From Oligoflexia bacterium (GTDB lineage: Bacteria > Bdellovibrionota > UBA1018), in assembly GCA_014376785.1 (NCBI GenBank), contig JACMQW010000064.1:14966-78965 (forward strand): a stretch of 64,000 nt of DNA. The letters run 5' to 3'. The notes below the pieces were generated by a model that saw only the letters and a list, made by a program, of their open reading frames with translations, made no database searches and was not told the DNA's origin. How positions within the stretch are numbered: the first letter of the stretch is position 1; every line of letters starts with the position of its first letter. Shown piece after piece: positions 54,201 through 63,503 of the stretch. The position numbers and the translations under genes were made by a program.

Positions 54201-54872
54201 GTGACCTCGAATGATTTTTTACTCATCGGCCTGCTCGTTTTCTTAGAAGGAATTCTTTCCGTCGACAACGCGCTCGTCTTGGCAGTGCTCGCAAAACCCC
54301 TGCCGAAGGCGCAAAGACAGAAGGCGTTAACCTACGGACTCATCGGCGCTTTCGCTTTCCGCCTCATCGCACTGTCTCTCGTGGTTTTTTTAGTTAAATG
54401 GACATGGATCAAATTTGTCGGAGGTGGGTACCTTCTCTACATCTCGATTAAACACCTCTTCTTCCGAGCATCCGAAGACGAATCCCTAAAAAAGCCAGCA
54501 GAGACCAACTTTTGGAAGGTGGTTGTTGCCATCGAACTCACCGATATTGCGTTCGCACTGGACTCGATCCTCGCCGGCGTTGCTTTGACGAATAAACTCT
54601 GGGTAGTTTTTACCGGCGGCATTCTCGGAATTGTAATGATGAGATTCGCAGCTTCCGCTTTCATCAGCATTATCGAAAAATTTCCTCAGTTAGAAAAAAC
54701 CGCCTACCTTTTAGTCCTCATCATCGGCTTCAAAGTTGTTTTAGAGGGGTTCGCTCTCGAATCGGTGAATTTCCATTCCCCTTCTAATCCGGCTTTCTGG
54801 ATTTTCTGGAGTCTGATGGTGGCAAGTATCGGTTACGGATTCATCAAACGAGTTCCTAAAACTAAAATCTAG
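54201..54872 (+). CDS. TerC-family integral membrane protein
   Basis: DNALVLAVLA motif repeated in two halves, with multiple TM helices. Confidence 0.8.
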   Translation: MTSNDFLLIGLLVFLEGILSVDNALVLAVLAKPLPKAQRQKALTYGLIGAFAFRLIALSLVVFLVKWTWIKFVGGGYLLYISIKHLFFRASEDESLKKPAETNFWKVVVAIELTDIAFALDSILAGVALTNKLWVVFTGGILGIVMMRFAASAFISIIEKFPQLEKTAYLLVLIIGFKVVLEGFALESVNFHSPSNPAFWIFWSLMVASIGYGFIKRVPKTKI

Positions 54873-54950
54873 AGTTCGCCCGGACGTTGCCGATAGGAAA
54901 AGGTGCAGCTAAAAGCTCAAACTCAATTCCGCCAAACAACTGACGCCTGC

Positions 54951-55403
54951 TTACTGGGACTTTTCGTCTTTTACATGGGCCAACGACGCTTCTTCCAAAC
55001 GGGCAAGCAGGTCGTCCGCACCGAAAGGCTTTACGAGGTAGCTCGAGACTCCGGCACGTCTCGCCTCTTCGATTTGGCTCGGGTCGTTGTTCGACGTCAT
55101 CATCACCACCGGAAGATCTCGAGTCGCAGGAACTGCACGGATTTGCCTCAGGAATTCGATTCCACTTTTACCGGGCAAGTTCCAGTCTGCCAAAATAATG
55201 GCGATCGGATAGTTACCCATCAAGCTCAAAGCCATTTCAGTGTTCTCTGCTTCGAGAACATCTCGAAAGCCGAGATCATTCAGCATTCCCGTAACGATCA
55301 TGCGCATCGTCGGCGTGTCATCCATCACCAGGATTCTTTTCATCCTATTCAGAATATCAGAGGCCTTCGATGAAGTCGAAGCTTTGGCTTCTCCAACTTC
55401 CAA
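54951..55403 (-). CDS. CheY-like single-domain response regulator
   Basis: ILVMDDTPTMR…ADWNLPG…KP receiver signature, 150 aa, no output domain. Confidence 0.85.
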   Translation of the reverse strand: MEVGEAKASTSSKASDILNRMKRILVMDDTPTMRMIVTGMLNDLGFRDVLEAENTEMALSLMGNYPIAIILADWNLPGKSGIEFLRQIRAVPATRDLPVVMMTSNNDPSQIEEARRAGVSSYLVKPFGADDLLARLEEASLAHVKDEKSQ

Positions 55404-57709
55404 TCCTCGTGATCTTTACGGCTGCGTTCCTCATTTATTCCGCAGGCATCCAAGGGAAGCTTCAGAATGACCTGCTGAGGGAGCGCGTTTTTCCAAGATT
55501 ACTCTCCCTGGCCGGCCAGCACACAAACTTGAAGTTCGAGCTTCGCGGACCAAGCGTACCGAAAAATAAAATACTCATTGCGGAAATTGATAATGATTCC
55601 ATTGAAGAATACGGGCGGTGGCCTTGGCACCGAGACCGCACTGCAGCGCTCGTCCAAAGTTTGTTCGATAGTGGTGCGAAATTTGTCGCGTTGGACATTA
55701 CTTTTTCAGAGCCCGACCACCGGGTATCCGAGGAACTCGCGAAATTTCTTAAACCAAAAATAGGTGTGAAGGAGCTCGATGCGTTCGAGACAGATCACCA
55801 GCTCGAAACAGTCATCACCTTTAATTCGGGACGAACGATTCTCGGTTGGTTTAACGGCGTAGAATGCCAGCCCGCGTTCCGGGGTTTGAATCTCGAAGAT
55901 TGCCCGGTGGAAGCCGCCACCCAAACACCCATCTCGAAAACGCTTGGAAAATTTGCACTCAGAGACAGCGCCGTCCTCCCCCCGGCAGCGCTCGCACAAT
56001 CGCCCCTGGTTTTTGTTCCGACCTCACTAGAGAATCTAGCCAGTTACAGCCATGCCGCTGAACATGCAGGCTATCTGAACGCCGACCCCGATGCGGATGG
56101 ATATATCCGTCGAACCCGTCTGGCCGTAGTCGGTCGAGATGGCCGCTTCTACCCGTCACTCGCCCTCGCAACGGCTGCTGCGGTGTTAGGTGAAGATATT
56201 TCAGTGAAGCTGTCACCTCGTCACACCATTCAGGAACTTTCGTTCAAAAATTCGGGTAGAAAAATCCCCCTCAGTCCGCTGGGAATGATGGATATTAATT
56301 TTCGAGGTCCCGCGAATTCCTTTCAGTACGTGAAAGCGCGCGAACTGATGTCCGGGGAGGACCTCATTCGAATCGAAGTCGATCACGCCATAAAAACCGT
56401 CTCGAAAAAAGAACTCTTTCGGAACTCCATTGTTTTCGTCGGGCTGACGGCTCTGGGCGTGTTTGACATGCGGGCGTTCCCCTTTGATTCGAATACAGCC
56501 GGAGTCGAAGGACATGCGAACATTCTCGATAACCTGCTCGCCGACGATATGCTTCGGACTGCCCCAGGCTCCCTGGGAATCATCGGCATCCTGCTACTCA
56601 TGACAGTGGGTGCCGCAGCTTTCGGCTTTTACGTCGGAAAGCTAGAGTCCGTTCCAGCGCTCATTTTCTTTCTCGTGATCATGATGGCAGGATTTTTCAT
56701 CGACCAAAAAATTCTTTTCAAAGCAAATTACAACCAGAACACGTCACTTTTGATGATCGAACTCACAGCCCTTTTTATTTTCACCTTTGCGTTTAAGTAC
56801 ATTCTCGAAGAAAAAAATAAAAAGTTCATTCGCGGCGCATTCGCCAAATATGTATCTCCGAGCATCATCGATTCGATCATGAAAGATCCAAGCAAATTGT
56901 CGGTGGGAGGCGTTAAACGTGATTTGACCATCGTCTTTTCCGACATTCGAAGTTTTACCTCTTTTTCCGAAAAAATGGATGCGAAAGACCTATCGACTTT
57001 TTTAAACGACTACCTCGGACGCATGACGGATATCGTGTTTGAAACCGAAGGAACGCTCGATAAATACATCGGAGACGCGGTCATGGCTTTTTGGGGTGCG
57101 CCGCTCGATCAACCGAAACATGCAACCAACGCCTGTAAGGCCGCAATTCTGATGCAGCAAACCCTGCGCAAGGACCGTCCCTATTTCAAAGAAAAATACG
57201 GAGTCGACGTCACTATAGGGATCGGAATCAATTCAGGGCCCGTATCCGTCGGCAACATGGGCTCTGAGCGAATATTCGAATACACGGTGATCGGGGATCA
57301 CGTAAATCTAGCCTCCAGACTTGAGGGACTCACCAAGGAATACCACGCTCCCATTTTAACAACGCGATTTACGTTCGATATCATCGAGAGCTCTGGAGAA
57401 ATTCTTCCTCCCCACCGCGTTTTAGATTTTGTAAAAGTGAAGGGAAAGAAAATCGCAGTCGAGCTGATTCAAATCCTCGATCGTGAAATTTCCGCAGTTA
57501 CTTTGAAAAAGTTTAGCGATGCACGCGCCCTCTACACGCAGCGAGAGTGGGATTCAGCGATGAGAGAATTTGAAATCTGCGCAAATGAACTTTCAGAAAA
57601 CGGAGTTCCAGACGCGATGTCGTTGGAATTTATCACTCGATGTAAAAACTTCAAGATGAGTCCTCCCCCACCAGACTGGGACGGATCATGGACGATGCTA
57701 ACGAAATAG
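55370..57709 (+). CDS. CHASE2-sensor class III adenylate/guanylate cyclase
   Basis: N-terminal TM plus a periplasmic CHASE2-like region, a multi-TM segment, and a C-terminal cyclase (FSDIRSFTSFSE, DKYIGDAVMAFWG, YTVIGDHVNLASRLE). Confidence 0.9.
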   Translation: MKSKLWLLQLPILVIFTAAFLIYSAGIQGKLQNDLLRERVFPRLLSLAGQHTNLKFELRGPSVPKNKILIAEIDNDSIEEYGRWPWHRDRTAALVQSLFDSGAKFVALDITFSEPDHRVSEELAKFLKPKIGVKELDAFETDHQLETVITFNSGRTILGWFNGVECQPAFRGLNLEDCPVEAATQTPISKTLGKFALRDSAVLPPAALAQSPLVFVPTSLENLASYSHAAEHAGYLNADPDADGYIRRTRLAVVGRDGRFYPSLALATAAAVLGEDISVKLSPRHTIQELSFKNSGRKIPLSPLGMMDINFRGPANSFQYVKARELMSGEDLIRIEVDHAIKTVSKKELFRNSIVFVGLTALGVFDMRAFPFDSNTAGVEGHANILDNLLADDMLRTAPGSLGIIGILLLMTVGAAAFGFYVGKLESVPALIFFLVIMMAGFFIDQKILFKANYNQNTSLLMIELTALFIFTFAFKYILEEKNKKFIRGAFAKYVSPSIIDSIMKDPSKLSVGGVKRDLTIVFSDIRSFTSFSEKMDAKDLSTFLNDYLGRMTDIVFETEGTLDKYIGDAVMAFWGAPLDQPKHATNACKAAILMQQTLRKDRPYFKEKYGVDVTIGIGINSGPVSVGNMGSERIFEYTVIGDHVNLASRLEGLTKEYHAPILTTRFTFDIIESSGEILPPHRVLDFVKVKGKKIAVELIQILDREISAVTLKKFSDARALYTQREWDSAMREFEICANELSENGVPDAMSLEFITRCKNFKMSPPPPDWDGSWTMLTK

Positions 57710-57718
57710 GTGAACGGA

Positions 57719-58771
57719 ATGACGTTAAATTCAGGCTCAAAAAGAATGATGAAAGGAGACATTCTCTTTAAGGAGGGAGACGTCTCCAACGCCATGTACC
57801 TGATTCGAAGCGGCAGCATTCGTATCTTCAAGCGGAAAGGCGACTCCCAAATCGAGATCGACATTTTAAGGTCCGGCCAAATTCTAGGGGAAATGGCATT
57901 TTTAGATGGAAACGCCCGTTCTGCTTCAGCTGAGGCGATGGCCGACACGGAACTCGTCGAAATTTCAAAATCTGTTTTTGATTCCACGATGGTGAAGGTG
58001 CCCGAGTGGGTGAAAATTTTACTGAAAGCAGTCGTCGCAAGATTAAGATCCACTACGACTAAAGTTAAGAATTTGGAAACAGCGTCAGGCGATATGAATT
58101 ACTCGGAGGGGAAACGAAATTTTTCGTTCATCTCTAGCCATGATGCTTTGAAAATCGGGACAGCGTCTCTCCTGGTGGCCTCCTTAAAATCGAATGCTAG
58201 CGGGGAGCGCGAGGCAGTGCGTATTTCTGGTATTGAAAAGTACGCAAATCAAGTCATGGGTGTTCCGCTCGCAAAAGTATCAGGTTTTATAGATATTTTG
58301 ATAGAGGTGGGCGTTTTTCAGAAAACAAACGATGAAAAGAAATTAGCGCCGAAAGATGTGGAACTTTTAGAATTATTTTTACAGCACGTTTGCGATGAAA
58401 ATTTGCTCGACCCGACGAAACGTCATGATTTAAATCTGCGCGGTTTTGCCGTGATGAATTACGTCGCGAAACATGTCGGCGAATTTCCAAAAGACGCTGA
58501 GAGCGGCCGTGCAGAAGTGAATGTCGCTGCCATAAAGAAAGTAGAATCAGAGGCAGCCGGCCGCGAGGTCTTCCGTATGGAGGAGTTTGATGAGCTCGTT
58601 AAGATCGGTTACGGAACCGCAATTAAAGTGATCTCAACAGAATTGCAGACGAGCTCCATCCACGTCGAACCCTTCCAACGCGCGCATCGAGTCCAACAGA
58701 TTCTGAAATTGATCGAAACGATGAACGATGACAAGCAGAAGGCGGCGCTTGGTTATCGACCTATTCAGTAA
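57719..58771 (+). CDS. cyclic-nucleotide-binding domain protein with an uncharacterised 230-aa C-terminal domain
   Basis: cNMP-binding signature (ILGEMAFLDGNARSASAEA). The start is ambiguous (GTG 57710, ATG 57719 or 57746), and it begins 1 to 40 nt after the cyclase stop. Confidence 0.8.
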   Translation: MTLNSGSKRMMKGDILFKEGDVSNAMYLIRSGSIRIFKRKGDSQIEIDILRSGQILGEMAFLDGNARSASAEAMADTELVEISKSVFDSTMVKVPEWVKILLKAVVARLRSTTTKVKNLETASGDMNYSEGKRNFSFISSHDALKIGTASLLVASLKSNASGEREAVRISGIEKYANQVMGVPLAKVSGFIDILIEVGVFQKTNDEKKLAPKDVELLELFLQHVCDENLLDPTKRHDLNLRGFAVMNYVAKHVGEFPKDAESGRAEVNVAAIKKVESEAAGREVFRMEEFDELVKIGYGTAIKVISTELQTSSIHVEPFQRAHRVQQILKLIETMNDDKQKAALGYRPIQ

Positions 58772-59510
58772 CCGTGGCGCTTGCACCAGGAGCTTTCACG
58801 ACGACGAAATCAGCTATGCGACGCTCTTTTCGAAAAGCTTTGCCGGCTTTCTCAGCGTCCTTAATCGACTCGAACTGACCCACAAAAAGTCTGAACCATT
58901 TACCTTTACCGGTAAGGTCGACTTCGTGGATCTCCGCTCGCAAGCCGTTTTCATTTAATTTAACGAGTTCGGGTTCGGCATCTCTCAAAGTCGGATACGA
59001 TCCGACCTGAAGAGTGTATCCGCCGCTCGCAAGCCGAGTTACAGCAACTTTTACCCGGTTAGGACTTAGTTTCTGAGCGATCGGCGCAGTTGCTTCATTT
59101 GCAGGTGCACCGACTTCGGGACCATCCGACTTTTTACGTACTTTTTCCGGAAGTGCGACTTGGCGCGCTTTATCGATCTGCATGCCGGTTTTGGCGATTT
59201 CGTCTCGGAGACTTTGATCGAGGGTCTCATCTACCGCGCCCGGAATATTCTTCACCTCGGCCGAAACCTCTTGTCGATTTGGAGCGCCTTCGGCCGCAAC
59301 ACCGACTGGCTCTGGAGCGGTAGTCTCTCCCGCGACTTCGGCCGCTTTCGGAATGACTTGTTTCCCGAGATGGACTCCTAGCGTGAAGGCAAAAAGAGCA
59401 ACCCCCACCCCGAGCAGGATGAGAATGCCAACTTCTTTTCGATCATAAATGAACAAACGCCTTCTTTGGTCCACTGCTCCACTCCGTTCCTTGATCCTAG
59501 CGGGGAGCAA
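58761..59510 (-). CDS. SPOR-domain (peptidoglycan-binding) membrane-anchored protein
   Basis: N-terminal TM helix, a Pro/Ala/Glu-rich linker, and a C-terminal SPOR-like fold (YTLQVGSYPTLRDAEPELVKL…FRLFVGQFES). Confidence 0.7.
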   Translation of the reverse strand: MLPARIKERSGAVDQRRRLFIYDRKEVGILILLGVGVALFAFTLGVHLGKQVIPKAAEVAGETTAPEPVGVAAEGAPNRQEVSAEVKNIPGAVDETLDQSLRDEIAKTGMQIDKARQVALPEKVRKKSDGPEVGAPANEATAPIAQKLSPNRVKVAVTRLASGGYTLQVGSYPTLRDAEPELVKLNENGLRAEIHEVDLTGKGKWFRLFVGQFESIKDAEKAGKAFRKERRIADFVVVKAPGASATVTE

Positions 59511-59652
59511 TAAACAAAGTCAATTCGTTCGGGTCCTGAATTGAGCCATCCCGACCGGCATCGCTCGGATGCGGACGATCGCCCCGGCTTTAAAAGTGGG
59601 ATCAGGTGGCCCAATTCTTTCAAAGAGGGTCACAAGAAAGCAGGGAGGAATT

Positions 59653-59838
59653 ATGAAAATTAAGAGCTTATCAAATGATGAAAGTGGACAGGGACTCACC
59701 GAATATTTGGTCCTTCTCATCCTCATTTCAGTCGCCAGCATCACCATCGTCACTCAGATCGGGGGTGCAATCGAAAACAGATTCAAAGCCGCAAAGGAAA
59801 AGATTCAGTCAATTTCCGTAAATCCGGGAAATTCGTGA
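59653..59838 (+). CDS. Flp/Fap family type IVb pilin
   Basis: GGGAGG ribosome-binding site. MKIKSLSNDESGQGLTEYLVLLILISVASI matches the Flp motif (G/xxxxEY) and hydrophobic stretch, giving a 61-aa prepilin. Confidence 0.8.
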   Translation: MKIKSLSNDESGQGLTEYLVLLILISVASITIVTQIGGAIENRFKAAKEKIQSISVNPGNS

Positions 59839-60164
59839 TTTGGAACGAACGGGGACAAACCCTCACAGAATTTATCCTCGCCCTTCCATTGATGACGATG
59901 GCAGTGGGCGGGATGTTTTGGCTGCTTCATTTCTCGTTTATTCGGACGGAGTGTACACGGGCCGTTTTCGAGGCCGTCCACCGTGCGCGCGAGCAGTCCG
60001 GGGATTTGCGTGAGAGTTTTCGAATGCGTTCAGCCGTTTTGCTGATGCATACCGATGAGGGAATAGAGGGTAGCAAACGATGCGGAACACACACCGAAAA
60101 ACTTTTCTTACCCTTTTTTGGAAAGAGGAATGCGGGAGCGTTACTATCCCCTTTCTCGTCCTAA
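59835..60164 (+). CDS. TadE-like pseudopilin
   Basis: N-terminal ERGQTLTEFILALPLM (TadE motif) and ATGA overlap with the flp stop. Confidence 0.65.
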   Translation: MIWNERGQTLTEFILALPLMTMAVGGMFWLLHFSFIRTECTRAVFEAVHRAREQSGDLRESFRMRSAVLLMHTDEGIEGSKRCGTHTEKLFLPFFGKRNAGALLSPFSS

Positions 60165-60694
60165 GCGTGATCCTAGCCACGAGTGCAATCAGCGCGATCG
60201 GCTACGCCGTCATGTGGAAATCGAAGATGAATCTCCAGTTGCGGCTGGATTCTTGTGCCGAAAGGACCGCTCTAGAATTGATCAAACTCCAAAACCTGAT
60301 TGAAGCCGCAAATGCGCGGATGAAAATCGAACGGGCCACTGCGGCGGCACTAGCAGTTCCTTCCGGAGGTTCTTCGCTCAAAGTGGCCCAAGCAACCTTA
60401 CTGGCGGAGAAAATGATCCAAGATGGATTCAGGAACGGATGGAAGATTCGCGAGGCAAGTTGGATTCTGAAGCGAGGCTGTTCAGGACTAAACGATTCGT
60501 TTCTCCCCCTTCCGAAAATGAAATGGTGGAGGCCACCCGATGATCCGATCGGGCCGCTGCCGTTGGAATGGTCGGGCGGAAAAGACCTCACCGTTCGCAT
60601 CTGGCATTCAAACCGCGCCGTCCAAGTATTAGTAAACTCGTCCCGGAAAGGACTCCATGAAAAGTGGGTTGGGAAATACGTCCCGTTCTTTTGA
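60080..60694 (+). CDS. TadE/TadG-like pilus assembly protein (start uncertain)
   Basis: EECGSVTIPFLVLSVILATSA resembles a TadE N-terminus. The ORF overlaps the previous gene by 85 nt, so the true start is probably internal. Confidence 0.45.
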   Translation: MRNTHRKTFLTLFWKEECGSVTIPFLVLSVILATSAISAIGYAVMWKSKMNLQLRLDSCAERTALELIKLQNLIEAANARMKIERATAAALAVPSGGSSLKVAQATLLAEKMIQDGFRNGWKIREASWILKRGCSGLNDSFLPLPKMKWWRPPDDPIGPLPLEWSGGKDLTVRIWHSNRAVQVLVNSSRKGLHEKWVGKYVPFF

Positions 60695-60724
60695 ACAAGG
60701 CCAGGCACTCATAGAGGTAATCTT

Positions 60725-61297
60725 ATGGAGCACTCTTTTCGTATTTTCGGCGATCGCATTCACCAAGCTCTCGAATCTCGAGTACCGTTCCTATCGGCGA
60801 AGTTTAGAGCACTACGAATCCCGCGCTGGGCATTTCTCACCTGCCTCGCCCTAATCGGGACCCTCTTCGCCCACCAGCAAAGTCAGGCGGAAGGGCGCAT
60901 CCACTGGCTCAGGGAAAACGCACCATCCGCTGCGACTTGGCAATCCATCCTTTTTCGCCGTGGATTTTCACTCATCGAAGATCCCGCTTGGAGAGAAAAA
61001 GCAGTTGCGGAAATGCCTGAAAATTCACGTTGGAAGGCCACTTCTCTGATCTCTGAAGATCGATACTGGGTCGCGCTGAAAACTTCTGGAGAGTGGGCTT
61101 ACTTCCGGCGCGGTGGAACGGGGACGACGAAATTTGGGGGCCAGGTGGTGAAACGTGAACTCTGGGAAGACCTCGGGGTCGGTTGGGCGGGCATCGCACG
61201 AATCGATCAGATGGACCTGCCGGACATCCATTTACCCAGATCCACGGAGCCAAATCCCGCGATTTCCTGGCGGGATTCTCGAAGCATCGAATTTTAG
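60725..61297 (+). CDS. hypothetical protein, possibly joined by frameshift to the overlapping 60657..60854 TadE-like ORF
   Basis: 190-aa ORF with a hydrophobic segment at residues 35 to 50. The overlapping upstream ORF begins with a TadE-like EQGQALIEVIL motif. Confidence 0.35.
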   Translation: MEHSFRIFGDRIHQALESRVPFLSAKFRALRIPRWAFLTCLALIGTLFAHQQSQAEGRIHWLRENAPSAATWQSILFRRGFSLIEDPAWREKAVAEMPENSRWKATSLISEDRYWVALKTSGEWAYFRRGGTGTTKFGGQVVKRELWEDLGVGWAGIARIDQMDLPDIHLPRSTEPNPAISWRDSRSIEF

Positions 61298-61347
61298 CGA
61301 GAGACGAAGGTTGACAGGGTGCGCTCCGGCAGTGGATATCCTTACGC

Positions 61348-62292
61348 GTGAAAACACCCTCTACGATTCTGACCGTTGGTTCCATGGCTTTCGATTCCAT
61401 CCAGACGCCCGCCGGAAAGGCGGATAAAGTTTTGGGAGGATCGGTGAACTACTTCTCGGTAGCAGCGTCCTTCTACGCTCCGGTCCAGGTTCTTGGCGTG
61501 GTCGGCAACGATTTTCCGCAGGCGCACATCGATTGGCTGTCTCAACGAAAAATCGACACGACCGGCGTGCAAATCGTTTCCGGTGAAACTTTCCACTGGG
61601 TCGGTTCGTACGACACGAATCTTAATGAAGCAAAAACGCTCTCCACTGCTTTGAATGTCTTCGAACATTTTGATCCCCGGTTATCTGAAAAGCACCGCGA
61701 TGCAGAGATCGTTTTCTTGGCAAACATCGATCCCGTGCTGCAAACCAGCGTATTGAATCAGGTGAAGAGCCCCCAATTGGTCGCCGCCGATTCGATGAAT
61801 TTTTGGATTATGGGGAAACCCGATGCGCTGAAAGAAACCCTCAAGCGGGTGGATATTCTTTCGATTAACGAGACTGAAGCCTTTTTGCTTTCCGGCGAAA
61901 AAAATCTACATAAAGCCATCGTTGCCATCCGAAAAATGGGGCCATCCGTGGTTGTGGTAAAACGCGGAGAATACGGCGCGATGCTTTTCACTCCGGAAAG
62001 TATCTTTATCGCCCCCGCATTTCCGGTGGACCAAGTCATCGATCCGACCGGCGCAGGGGATAGTTTTGCTGGTGCTTTCATTGGCTACCTGGCCGAAAAC
62101 GGTGCATCACGCGATATGGCTAAAAAAGATCCGGCCGCATGGAATAAACTCCTTCGCCGCGCTGTGGTTGCAGGCTGCACGATGGCAAGCTTTACCGTTC
62201 AAGACTTCTCGTTGCATCGCCTGATGCGCTTGGAAGCACCGGAGCTTGCAAAGCGTCAGGCTGAATTGCTCGAAATGATTTCTATCGGCTAA
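61348..62292 (+). CDS. PfkB-family carbohydrate/nucleoside kinase
   Basis: DPTGAGDSFAGAF ATP-binding motif and a ribokinase-like fold. Confidence 0.85.
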   Translation: MKTPSTILTVGSMAFDSIQTPAGKADKVLGGSVNYFSVAASFYAPVQVLGVVGNDFPQAHIDWLSQRKIDTTGVQIVSGETFHWVGSYDTNLNEAKTLSTALNVFEHFDPRLSEKHRDAEIVFLANIDPVLQTSVLNQVKSPQLVAADSMNFWIMGKPDALKETLKRVDILSINETEAFLLSGEKNLHKAIVAIRKMGPSVVVVKRGEYGAMLFTPESIFIAPAFPVDQVIDPTGAGDSFAGAFIGYLAENGASRDMAKKDPAAWNKLLRRAVVAGCTMASFTVQDFSLHRLMRLEAPELAKRQAELLEMISIG

Positions 62293-62363
62293 ACTTGGGA
62301 GGAAACCATTCCCTCGAATCTGATCGCTGAGAGCATTTGAGCCCGGCTGCTTACTCCTGCCAA

Positions 62364-63503
62364 CTACCGCGCAGGATAGACAGAATCTACGCCCGCAAGA
62401 AACTCGCGCTGGAAACGGGTCTTCGAAAAGTCTGCCGCGCGCTTGCGGCAAGCTTGCTCCGTAATTTTCGCGTGACCCTGTTCTATTTTCAGAACAGCAT
62501 TTACTACGGCGTCCACGGTCTGTTCGCCGAAAAAAACTCCGGTATCTTTCGTGACAGTTTCTCGGGCGCCGCCCGCGTCGATTGCGATCACGGGAGCGCC
62601 CGCGGCCATCGCCTCAAGAGGAGTAATCCCGAAGTCTTCAATACCAGGAAACACCAAAGCACGGCATTCAGAGAGAAGCCGATTCACTTCTTCGTTTGAG
62701 GGGTGAGGGATTAATTCGATCTTTGTGTTTTGGACCAGGTAACGAATTTTTTCTACCTCCTGTCCGCCGCCCGCGATAACCAGCGGCAATTGGAGTCGGC
62801 GAAAGGCCTCGATGGCCAAATCGATTCTCTTGTAAGGAGCGAATGCGCCGAAAACGAGGTAAAAACTTTTCGGGTCGCGTGGCTTCGAAAAACGCGCGAA
62901 GTCTACAAAGGGATTGACGACTTTTGCTTCACGCCCCCAAAACTCCAAAATACGATCCGCAATAAACCGGGAATTCGAAAGCACCAAATCGATATTCTCA
63001 CGAGAGCTCGTGCGACGATCCCATTTCTGGAGCTTTCCACGCAATACGCCCGCCGCGATCCGGACCGCAAGCGAAGCTCGGCCTGCTCCGAAGTAATCAT
63101 TGAATCGATCCCAAACGTATCGCATCGGCGCGTGAACATAAGCGACATGCACGGCTCCTGCAGGCTTCCGGATTCCTTTCGCCACACAATGGGACGATGA
63201 AATAATCAAATCGAATCCTCGGAGATCGAAGGATTCAATAAACTTCGGCATCAGTGGAAGAAAGTGCCTGTACCGTGCGACCGCTCCGGGAATGGTCTGC
63301 ATTCGGGAGGTGTGAATGACATGCCTCTTAATTTTTTCCGAAATTTTCGCTGGCTCACACACCAACGTAAAAATTTCTGCCTGCGGGTAGAGTTCTAAAA
63401 TCGCTTCCAGTACGGCTTCCCCTCCCCGCATTCCGTTTAGCCAGTCATGCACCACCGCAACACGTGCAGCTTTCTCATTTTTCATTGGATAGGGGCTACT
63501 CAA
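62364..63503 (-). CDS. GT4-family (group 1) glycosyltransferase
   Basis: C-terminal E-x7-E region and GT-B fold signatures (GIEDFGITPLEAMAAGAPVIA). Confidence 0.85.
   Translation of the reverse strand: MSSPYPMKNEKAARVAVVHDWLNGMRGGEAVLEAILELYPQAEIFTLVCEPAKISEKIKRHVIHTSRMQTIPGAVARYRHFLPLMPKFIESFDLRGFDLIISSSHCVAKGIRKPAGAVHVAYVHAPMRYVWDRFNDYFGAGRASLAVRIAAGVLRGKLQKWDRRTSSRENIDLVLSNSRFIADRILEFWGREAKVVNPFVDFARFSKPRDPKSFYLVFGAFAPYKRIDLAIEAFRRLQLPLVIAGGGQEVEKIRYLVQNTKIELIPHPSNEEVNRLLSECRALVFPGIEDFGITPLEAMAAGAPVIAIDAGGARETVTKDTGVFFGEQTVDAVVNAVLKIEQGHAKITEQACRKRAADFSKTRFQREFLAGVDSVYPAR

Noticed and set aside
55370-58771. Pycsar-like anti-phage system (cyclase plus cNMP-binding effector)
   Set aside because: The cyclase is a large CHASE2 membrane sensor typical of environmental signalling, and the effector lacks TM or TIR-type killing domains. 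Defensive function cannot be supported from sequence.
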